64,000 bases of DNA from Pelomyxa schiedti (Eukaryota; Protista; Evosea), in assembly GCA_020536535.1 (NCBI GenBank), contig JAHLWZ010000636.1:62001-126000 (forward strand), in the 5' to 3' direction. The notes beneath the pieces are model-generated. The model did not search any database. It worked only from the letters and a program-made list of their open reading frames with translations, and was not told the origin of the DNA. Every line of letters begins with the position of its first letter. Position 1 is the first letter of the stretch. The position numbers were made by a program, and so were the translations under genes. Positions 49,372 to 60,009 of this stretch are shown one piece after another.

Positions 49372-49621
49372 CATCCCTAAAAAGATTTGAAGTTTGTTTT
49401 TTTTCCATTCCGATTGTTGGGGCAACCCACCAAGACCAAACCACGCCTGATGGATTCCTGTAAAAAAGGGCGATGAAGTTTCCCGAACAGCATCGATTGT
49501 GGTGTGGGAATGCTACCCTTGTCGCCCCATCATGAGAACACAAGAATAGAAGGGAAAAGGGAAAAAGGTCCGGAAGCAAAAAAAAAAGTGTTTCCCGGCC
49601 AGCACTGACACAGTGGTGCAG

Positions 49622-51767
49622 TCAACCACTTACATGAATGACGTTGTCATTGAGGAGTTTGATGTGGGCAACGTTTTTGACCCTCGGTGGAATTTTTGCT
49701 TGGCTCAGAGTGGACATTTGAATGTGGGATGTCAGCGATGCGAAGGTGCCGGGCTTCACAATCATCACCAAGGGCTTCTTGATTGGGTAAAGTCTGTAGT
49801 TGTAAACTGTTTGTCTGATGGCCTGGTCCATTTTCTCACTCAGCCCACTCACCTTTTTTTATTCATTTGAAAGTTAGTGAATGAGAACAGAGCCTCACGT
49901 TGTGGGAGAATTCAAGAATTTGAGTACTTACTGTTTCCGTGTCAAGAGGAGAGTGCAGTTCCACATAAGCATGATACCTACTTACAGTATCGTCTTGGAA
50001 GAATGTGAAGTCTACAACGTTGGATCCAAACACAGTGGCCATTATTTTGCGAAGGTGAATCTCATTGATGTTCTCACCGAAGATGCTCAAAACGGAGCCC
50101 ACTCTATACGCAAATTTTATCTGCAAACTCAAAGAGTGAGCGAAGAATTGACAGTTGCAGGAATGGAGAAGAAAAAAGGAGTGAGAACGAACCTCTGGGC
50201 ATTGACCCTCAAATCCAACCAACTGAATGGCATCCCCAATTCGGTATCTCCACAACCCAGAGAAGTTTGTCAGAACCACTTCGTAAATGTGTCCAACAAC
50301 ACCCTCTTGTGGCAAAATGGCTCCACCAGTCCCCGCACATCGTTTGGCTTCTTCTTCATCCACAGGCATGAATTCAAAAAAAGCAGCATCAGCAAGAAGC
50401 CGGAATTTGTTTTCTTTGAAGGTGCTGCTTGGAGGAGGAAGTGCCATGATACATTCCGATGCTCCGTACATGAGTTCTCTGAACTGTATCCCATCTCCAA
50501 ACCATCTCTCCAATTCACTGACATATCCCAGTGCTGGATTCGGAACATTGGACACAATCAAGTTGAGCCGTGGGAAAGCGTTCTGAACCCAACCAGGCAT
50601 CCCTGGTGGAACTCTCGATGCGGAGGCCCTCAACGCGGAAGCGTGAGAAGGCATTGGTGCGTGACTGAGTTGAGGAGGTGGAACTTCGCGGTGCAGAGTT
50701 CCGTGTTCCACGTCAAAGACGAGGCTGTCCCAGTCTCGAATCATGACTGAAAAGAAGGAGTGAAGCATTCCGGCAAACGGAATTGTCAGACAAACGACGT
50801 CGCGGTAACTTCTCAAAGCCCACAAGGAGTGAAGGTACATTGCCGGTTCCACCCATTCTGCTGCCTAAAAGAAACCTCTGTCAAAGTCAATCGAATGGTT
50901 TGGAAATAAATACTTGATAGACTGCAAAAGGTGATGCTGACAGAAAAGGGATCAAGTTCTTCACTCTGAGGACTATAATGGGGCCCACTGCACCCTGAGT
51001 GATTCCTCCAGGGCTCTTTTTCACCCCCTGCTGAGTATTGATATTCATGTACAACCCCATGGACTTAGGGTTGTTACTGGCCATATAAGCGCCAGTCATA
51101 CACTTGTCAACGTCAATCTTGGTTACTGGAACCAATCTCTGAGGCCCAGTTGTCCCTTTGACAAAAAAAAAAAAAAACCCAAGCATCAGTACGCCAGAAA
51201 CGTAAGCATGCGGCCACTTCCCCTCGTCTCACTAATTTGAATGTGTGGTGCTAATACAAAACAGTTACCGGTTGTTGCAGTCAGCAAAGAAATAGGATCC
51301 GAGCACAAAGAGGACTTGCAGCCAGTCTGTGCCACTTTGTCAACATCCGCAGCAATGTCCGAATAAGTGCACAGTGGAATTCTGGCTCTGAATTGCTCCA
51401 TCGTGCGCACACCATCGTTTGCCATCATGATTCTGTGCTTGCGGGCGAAATCGCAACCCCCGTTCGCGCAGCTTCTTCGCAGGATTGACTGCAGAAGATC
51501 CCTCTGAACTTGAACGAAGTTGGCCTGGTTCTTGACAATTTGGTGAGCAAGGCGCCGTCTGTTGGCGCGATCAACCAACTGCATGGCGATGACCTGGAAA
51601 TTACAATGGCGGAGAGTCATCCAATGCGAAAAGTTGAAACCCAAAAAGAATGGGGAAGAAAGGAAACCACTCACCCCAACGCGGAACAGAGCATTCACAA
51701 CGCTTTGCCTGAAGATGAAGACCAACGAAACAACACCAAGAGCAGTCAGCACTCCACAACACACCAT
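49622..51767 (-). CDS. GH3-family acyl-acid amido synthetase, copy 2
   Basis: Same motifs and exon structure as copy 1; reading frame intact. Confidence 0.9.
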
Positions 51768-51817
51768 CCGGCTTTTCCAGAATTTAGTTGTTTTTACACT
51801 GAAAACTCGACGCGATC

Positions 51818-51894
51818 TGGCTGGAATAAAATAATCAACAGACCGGAACGCTGTACTTTTCGTTTGGATCGGCGGTCTGGGGTTTTTTCAGCCA
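51818..51894. mobile_element. MITE-like element, copy B (internal deletion)
   Basis: TGGCTG...CAGCCA termini, TC on both flanks, shares AAATAATCAACAGACCGGAACGCTGTACTTTTCGTT with copy A. Confidence 0.5.
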
Positions 51895-52024
51895 TCTTTT
51901 GATTGAACCGTTGTTGAAAGTGAGGAATCTCCGGCCTCGCGGAACTACATTCAGAAGAAAATCACTTTCGAGAAGGCTACTTTAAGTATGTTTCCCGAAC
52001 AGCAGTGATTGTGTTGTGGTGCAG

Positions 52025-54121
52025 TCAACCACTTACATGAATGACGTTGTCATTGAGGAGTTTGATGTGGGCAGCGTTTTTGACCCTCGGCGGAATTTTT
52101 GCTTGACTCAGAGTGGACATTTGAATGTGGGATGCCAGTGACGCAAACGTGCCGGGCTTCACAATCATCACCAAGGGCTTCTTGATTGGGTAAAGTCTGC
52201 AGTTGTAAACGGTTTGTCTGATGGCCTGGTCCATTTTCTCACTCAGTCCACTCGCCTTGTTTTGTTTGTTGTGGAACGTTATCATTGGATGAATTGGAAG
52301 TTCAGTTGCTTACTGCTTCAGTGTCAAGAGGAGAGTTCAGTTCAACATAAGCATGATACCGGCTCGCAGTATCATCTTGGAAGAATGTGAAGTCTACAAC
52401 GTTGGAACCAAACACAGTGGCCATTATTTTGCGAAGGTGAATCTCATTGATGTTCTCACCGAAGATGCTCAAAACGGAGCCCACTCTATACGCAAATTTT
52501 ATCTGCAAACCCAAAGAGTGAGCGAGGAATTGACAGTTGCAGGAAAAAAAAAAGGATGAAGGATGAATGGAGAAGAAAAAAGGAGTGAGAACGAACCTCT
52601 GGGCATTGACCCTCAAATCCAACCAACTGAATGGCATCCCCAATGCGGTATCTCCACAACCCAGAGAAATTTGTCAAAACCACTTCGTAAATGTGTCCAA
52701 CAGCACCCTCTTGTGGCAAAATGGCTCCACCAGTCCCCGCACATCGTTTGGCTTCTTCTTCATCCACAGGCATGAATTCAAAAAAAGCAGCATCAGCAAG
52801 AAGCCGGAATTTGTTTTCTTTGAAGGTGCTGCTTGGAGGAGGAAGTGCCATGATACATTCCGATGCTCCGTACATGAGTTCTCTGAACTGTATCCCATCT
52901 CCAAACCATCTCTCCAATTCACTGACATATCCCAGTGCTGGATTCGGAACATTGGACACAATCAAGTTGAGCCGTGGGAAAGCGTTCTGAACCCAACCAG
53001 GCATCCCTGGTGGAACTCTCGAGGCGGAGGCCTCAACGCGGAAGCGTGAGAGGGAATTGGTGCGTGACTGAGTTGAGGAGGTGGAACTTCGCGGTGCAGA
53101 GTTCCGTGTTCCACGTCAAAGATGAGGCTGTCCCAGTCTCGAATCATGACTGAAAAGAAGGAGTGAAGCATTCCGGCAAATGGAATTGAAAGACAAACGA
53201 CGTCGCGGTAACTTCTCAAAGCCCACAAGGAGTGAAGGTACATTGCCGGTTCCACCCATTCTGCTGCCTTAAATACGACTCTGTCAAAGTCAATCGAATG
53301 GTTTGGAAATAAATACTTGATAGACTGCAAAAGGTGATGCTGACACAAATGGAAGCCTGTGTCTTCTCTTGAAAACAGTTATTGGGCCCACTGCACCCTG
53401 AGTGATTCCTCCAGGGCTCTTTTTCACCCCCTGCTGGGTGTTGACAGTCAAGCACAGCCCCATGGACTTAGAGTTATAGATTGACACATACGTTGCAGTG
53501 ATCCACTTGTCGATGTCAATCTTGGTTACTGGAACCAATCTCTGAAGCCCAGTTGTTCCTTGATAAGAACATAAGTAAGACAGCAATATAAATGCGTGTC
53601 GGCCTTCCAGCAACACCCACCGGTTGTTGCAGTCAGCAAAGAAACAGGATCCGAGCACAAAGAGGACTTGCAGCCAGTCTGTGCCACTTTGTCAACATCC
53701 GCAGCAATGTCCGAATAAGTGCACAGTGGAATTCTGGCTCTGAATTGCTCCATCGTGCGCACACCATCGTTTGCCATCATGATTCTGTGCTTGCGGGCGA
53801 AATCGCAACCCCCGTTCGCGCAGCTTCTTCGCAGGATTGACTGCAGAAGATCCCTCTGAACTTGAACGAAGTTGGCCTGGTTCTTGACAATTTGGTGAGC
53901 AAGGCGCCGTCTGTTGGCACGGTCCAGCGACTGTATGGCGAATACCTGACAAGACAAAAAAAATAAGCAGTGACAGTTACCAAGGCGAATAAACCGCGAA
54001 AAGAAAGTACCAGAAGAAACCACTCACCCCAACGCGGAACAGAGCCACGCACAACGCTTTGTCTGAAGATGAAGCACAACAAAACAACACCAAGAGCAGT
54101 CAGCACTCCACAACACACCAT
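52025..54121 (-). pseudogene. GH3-family copy 3, tandem duplicate of copy 2 with apparent frameshifts
   Basis: 1-nt deletion at 53031-53032 (CC versus CCC at 50627-50629) inside a coding exon; +1 nt in exon 1 near 54046. Confidence 0.6.
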
Positions 54122-54129
54122 CCCGTAAA

Positions 54130-54214
54130 TGGCGGAATAAAATAATCAATGGACCGGAACGCTGTCGTTATCGTCGCTCAGGATGGGCGGTCTGGTTTTT
54201 TTTTTATTCCCACT
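54130..54214. mobile_element. MITE-like element, copy C (diverged)
   Basis: TGGCGGAATAAAA...TTTTATTCC ends; shares GACCGGAACGCTGT and TCGTCGCTCAGGAT with copy A. Confidence 0.45.
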
Positions 54215-54449
54215 AGGCTTTTTTCTTTTCTAGATTTTGATGTTTGGAAACAACCCGAACTGATTCCGTGCCTTCATAAGGTGGTGAACAACACCATCGT
54301 AGTGTCTCACACTTGCATTGCTCAGATCAGCATCACTCCAGGCATGCAAGCAGAATTTACGGAGAAACGCCCAAGTTTGCCGCAAACACCCAAGTTGGTT
54401 TACTAACTACGGTAGTTCGTGGTAAGAAACGCAACTTAAAAGCCACCAA

Positions 54450-56704
54450 ATGGCAACGGATGCCCGTTTGTGCCCCATCTGCGGGCGAGCGTTTTTCCAC
54501 ACCGGAGGGTGCCAGCCCTTGGCCTGGCCCGCCTGCGGCCACCACGCGTGCACGTGCTGCGCCGTGGCGATGGCCCACACAGCCCTCCTTGCCTCCCTCC
54601 CGCGTCCCCCACCGCGTCTCGTCTCTGCGGCCGCCGCGACGCCCACTATCCCTTCTGCGTCGGCCTCTGCTTCTGTTTCCTTTGTCATTCATTGCCCGCA
54701 GTGCAATGGAGGTGCGAAGCTCACCGTTGACGACATTTCGTCATCAAGGTAATGGGAGATTAGTAATTATGGGTGGGGGTCAGACTGTTGCCGCACTATC
54801 TCTATCTCATTAAGCAGTTAGCACAAAATTAACTCTTAGGTAGGTGCGTCGAAGAGGCTGTTGTGGCGGTGCTGAAAACAGATAGCAGTCTTTTACAGGA
54901 GAGCGAGGCCTTGAGGGCGCCACAGCTCGAAGCGGAATCGCCCCTGTGTGCCGCAGAGTGCGGAAAGAAGGCCACATTCTTATGCGTTCAGTGCAACAAT
55001 GCGCCGCTGTGCGAGGAGTGCTTCCCGGGATTGCACAAGTTCCAGTTCCAGAAGGGCCACACCAAGAAGAGCATCGGTGAGATGGCGGCGATAAGAGACG
55101 CGGAGAGGGTCCTCAACACATCCAATTGCAGGGAGCACTTTCAGCCGCTCACCATTTTCTGCACACAATGCGATACTCTGAGCTGTGTTGTGTGTGGGCA
55201 GTTTGGGAAGCACAGAGATCACTCTGCCAAGTGCGTGCCTGTGGTCGAAATGAAGGAGAAGTTGATGGCGAAGTTGACCACAGTTTTGGATCAGTGTACA
55301 GCTTTGCAAAAGCGGATGAATGCTTCGGAGCAAGAAATAAGCCTTAAGTGCACAACTCTCGCTCAGAATTCTGGAGAAGTGGAGAAGTGTATCAACGCGT
55401 TTTTCGATTCATTGTTGGAGGACATTCAAAGAAGGAGGAATCAGCTACTCACACAGCTGAATCTTCTGCACTCCATCTCCTCAGAAAACCTAGAGATTCA
55501 GAGGCTCTCAACAAAAACTGCCAGGGAGTTCCTCCAGGCCCTGGCCCAGCAGAAACCACAAGCAGGGGAAACCTCTCCGAAAAATTCTTCGCCCCCTTCA
55601 CCCGGTAGTGCACTTCCAACCAGTGCTGATGCCGTTGTTGTTCTTCAAACCGAGGAACGAATCCAAGTTCTTCAGAACATCCTGAAAAGGCTCTCAGCCG
55701 AGAGCCTTGACCTCTCCCCGTGTTGTTCGCCAGTGTGGAAGTGGGAAGTGGATGACAGTTTGCTTAAGTCCCTCCAGAATATGTGCATCACAACAAATAT
55801 TCCAGTGAGCAAAGGTACTACAGTTCAAACTGTTGTGACCCAAAGTACCCCTGCGTTTTCAATCACGTTCACAACACTCAATGGGCACAACCAGGTTCCA
55901 CCAACTACAGTTGACTACACTTCTCCATATCAGAAGAGTGTCATACTGTCGGGTGGGATTCAAAAGTGGGTCGTTCCATCAAGTGGAAAGTACAAGATCA
56001 CCGCCGTTGGTCCGAGTGGTGGAAATAGTGCCTACTTTCATACTACGGGGGGCCTTGGTGCTGCCGCTGTATCAGTGGTGGAACTGAACGAGGGGACTAT
56101 CGTCAACATTCTGGTTGGGCAAGAAGGCGAGGGAGACAAGAGCACAGGGGGAGGAGGGGGAGGTACGTTCATTTGGGAGGCGAACGGAGACGAGGGGCCC
56201 CTCGTTTGTGCCGGAGGTGGTGGTGGTGCAGTACAGACGGCAGGCAAGGATGCCAGTGTGACACCAGACGGGACACACGGGAATGGGCTGACATCTGGGG
56301 GTGGCGTGAATGGCGGCGGTGGAACACCAAGCGACCCTCGCCAGCGGGCAGGGGGAGGAGCTGGCTGGCTATCCGATGGCTGCCAAGGGGAAGGGTACAC
56401 CATCAAAGCCGGGGGTGGTGTGTCCCCACTGCGAGGTGGTGGGGGTGGCACCTTCGGGGGGACCCAAGAGCGTGTTGGCAGCGGTGGGTTCGGCGGCGGT
56501 GGTGGAGGGCAGGGCCAGGGGGTAGCCCTTGGGGGCGGTGGGGGTGGCGGATACAGCGGCGGGGGGCCCGGGGCTCCCAATGGTTCACTGTTCCTGGGTG
56601 GGGGCGGTGGGGGTTCCTTCTGCAGTACCAAATGTCAGCAGACACACATGACAGTGTCCCAATCCAGAGGAAATGGCTCCGTCACCATCGAGAACCTAGC
56701 CTGA
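54450..56704 (+). CDS. TRIM-like protein (RING, two B-boxes, coiled coil) with C-terminal ALK/LTK-type glycine-rich domain
   Basis: CPIC..CGH..C..C..CPQC; CVQC..LCEEC..LH; CREH..FCTQC..CVVC..HRDH; GIQKWVVPSSGKYKITAVG and GGGGGTF. Confidence 0.85.
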
Positions 56705-56756
56705 GTCACCAGGTGACCACCAAAATTATGCATAATTTTTGTTTTTCCTCATTTTG

Positions 56757-57710
56757 ATGGTGTCGGTGCCCGGGAGTAGTAAACGGCGGTACGTGAACTA
56801 TGCACAACACTCGGGATCAGTAGATGTGCTACGAGAGCTCCATTCTTCTTCGACCTTACCTCCATACGACGTAATTTGCCTGTTTTTTTTTTTTTTTTGT
56901 TTTTTTGTTTCGTTGTAGTGTATTCTTACTTTGCAAGGGCAGGATGGTTGAGCAGCTTGCATTGGCTGTAAACCATTGTTCCACTTCCACTTCTCCCTCG
57001 TCTGCGCACGACTCTGCGTCACCGACTCTTGACGAGTCGGATACTCCCAACTTGGTTGGGCAGTTGGCGGCGGCTCGCTCCTACCGCTGTGCCATGGCAT
57101 ACTTGTGTGTAATCTTCTATTATTATGATAAAGTACTCTATCCAAAGCTAGTTTCACTTTATCTTGTTTTAATCAATATGTGTTGTTTTCTGCTCCCTAT
57201 ATCATGATAAGAGAGACAATAGAAAAAGAATTCTATTATGCGCGTGCTGAACAATTTTGTAGGACAGCAAGATTGGACAAAATTCGCCAAATGAGATGGG
57301 AAGTGGGCTCAGCACTGCCAGATCAATTACGGGAGAGAATGTCACCGCAGGAACTTTCGTTCCACATGGGTTACTGCCGACTCCTTGCCGATTACATGGC
57401 TTCTATAGGCATGGACCTCACAATGGTACAGAAACACACGGTCATGCAAACCCTAATCCCTACCTAATAGGACCTTTCTCACCCACCTGTAAGTAATGAT
57501 GACATTTACGTCGAGATTCGAGGTACCCCTCAAGCAAGTGAAAGCAATACCACTTCCACTTCAGCCGAAGGCGACCCTTCTTCAGCCGTGGAAGTAGTCA
57601 CAGAAACAGGAACCATTGTTTTGGACAACAGAATGCAGTTTGTAAAAAGGTGCCCGACTGTGGATTCCCTCATCAAGCAAGGCCTTATTGCACACGTACC
57701 CCATTCTTAG
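56757..57710 (+). CDS. GINS1: GINS complex subunit Psf1
   Basis: LRELH..LPPYD, RCAMAYL..RLDKIRQMRWEVGSALP, LADYM, IYVEIR and LIKQG. Confidence 0.88.
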
Positions 57711-57760
57711 TTACATAAGAATGAAAGAATCATCAAGAAAAATTTTGTTTGTTTAACAAA

Positions 57761-59789
57761 TCAAGGCTTCTTTACTGTTACGTGTGTGATGGAGGAAGGG
57801 GCATGGGGTTTGAAAACACTGTAGGAAAAGTCCATGGGGAACGAGCCTGGGTTTGCGAACCAAGATTCTTCAACTTGGTGGGAGTATTGCATGCATTGGT
57901 CTCCAATCACGGTCTGAGTGGTGAAAGTTAATGACAGTCAAAGGAAATGTGGGGCTTACCAGGTGTGGGAGTGGGAAAAGGAAAAAGGCATGCTCAAGGG
58001 TCCAGTGAATTGGCCGAACGAGTGTTGAAAGAGGGCACAGATGTGCTTGTGAGGCCAGTGTCTTTGCAAGCTGGAATTGGAGAATGTTAGACACGAATTG
58101 AAATTGGGATTACCATAAGGGATGGTGGCACGGCGTCAGAAGTGCTATACGGAGTAATGTTGTTTCTAAATAAGGAGCTGAGAAGGTCCTGACGGAATAC
58201 CACTATTTCTTGCGTGCAGTACCGTATTCTATAATTATGTTATACACGAGGTTATGGAAAGCAGTAATACCTTGCTGGATTTGTGGGAAAAGAAACTTTC
58301 TCCAGTACTGTTGTTAAAGGTTCAATCAGGCACGTTGGAAGTGGAGGATAAGGTAAAGTTCTGTTGAGATTTCCACAAGGATCGTTGGGGCCTGGAACAA
58401 AAACGAACCTGGATCGCGAAGGGAGAAAAAAATCTCAGAACAGTCAAAAAGACTACCCTACCTGGTAGTTTGACAGATCGACGAATGTTGACTGAGCATA
58501 TTCGCCAGGGAATTGAATAGACCTAGTACATGACTGTAGTCACTTCCACCTCCGTAAGGCCGACTGAGAAAATTTCCAAGCATAACAATCATATCAGGAG
58601 GGGAGTCATCACACCCAGAAAGGAGTGTATCAAGATTTGCCATTACCTTTGGAGTAAGACGGGTTACTTCAGGGGAAAAAGACTGCAAATGGTAAGTACT
58701 TGGGAGTTATCTATCCACACGTCAGACAAAAAGAAAATTCTGGCCTCCGGGTTTTCCTCTTCATATTGCTTCAGTTGTGACTGGAAGAAGTGTCAAACAT
58801 TGGTTTTGGGTGTGGAAGACCAACCATTATTTGCGAATTAGGACACGCCCCAAACAAATCTATACCTCCAAGTGAAGCAAGGCTGGCATCGCGGTGCTCA
58901 GGCGGTGGTTGTGCCAACGCATTTACTACAAACACGCTTTCTTTCATTTGCCCCTCTGCAAGTACAATGGAGTTTTCAGTGAATACTGACTGCTCTGGCA
59001 CGAGCATCTGGCATCAATGTGAACCAAATAGGAATAAGGGTTTCTTTACACACTGCATTTGTGATGTCTATTGGTACTAGTGATGAAGAACTTTCAAGGT
59101 GAAGTTGACCGCCACGTAAACGGCTGAGAACACCAAGCACAACTGATGTAGATGACGTACCAAGAAGAGACTCCAAGGCTGTCAACTAGAAATCGGTCAG
59201 ACTTTGGAGGAGCACATTGTGTGGGGTGACTTTTAGGAGGAAAGGCATCTGACAGGAGTAGTGGCAAATTTGGGACTTCGAAGCTGTCTTTGATGAATGA
59301 CATTGTAACGTCGATCAAACACAGTCAACTTATCTTGAGCAGTACCGAAAATCGATGATGGCTTCGTCACACTGTGTGATGGTGAGAAATGGAGGGTTTT
59401 TTTAGGGGTGCACCGACGTTGTGAATCCATGCTTGGCAGGATTGAATTCAAACTTGGGCATATCGTTAACAGTCAAAACAGTAAACAGGCTCTCAGTAAT
59501 GGATTGAGCCGCGCTGCTGACTTTGGAAATCCAAGTTGCTGCCAAACTTTCATCCACGACTGCACTCTTCGCTTTCGGAACGTAAAAAGCGAGACCCAAA
59601 AGAAAACGAGAAAGTAAAAGACTCACGGGGTTCATCTTGGAGGAAATCGGCGATAGCGTCGTACGAGTCCGGCGACGAAACTAAATGCGCAGCTAGAACC
59701 GCAGCCGCCTTTGGCGTAACATTAAGTCCCAACAACTTGAACTGAGCCGCCACACGCTCCGGTGTCCATTTCACCACCCCACCCAGCAT
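57761..59789 (-). CDS. POLE2: DNA polymerase epsilon subunit B (Dpb2)
   Basis: FTENSIVLAEG, FLSDVWID, VMLGNF, FVFVPGPND, TNPARI, IVVFRQDL, SQAHLCPL and NPGSF. Confidence 0.92.
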
Positions 59790-60009
59790 CCCAGATCCAA
59801 AGACAACAAAAAAATGAAGATCACAGGAAGAAGCTCTGGGACTCATTTATTTCGATGTTCGTGAGGCCATGAGGCGATTTCATACAACTCTTGACACCAT
59901 ATAATGCCGGATCGAAGGAGACCCACTCATCTGAATCTGCAATCTACAAATTGTTTTTTTCTCTCAACAAACGCCCGTTTGTTGTGTCGGTGGTGTTGTG
60001 GTGTCGAAG

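Noticed and set aside
49881-50750. 289-aa + strand ORF conserved opposite the GH3 copies
   Set aside because: Conservation is explained by the GH3 duplication; no independent motifs.
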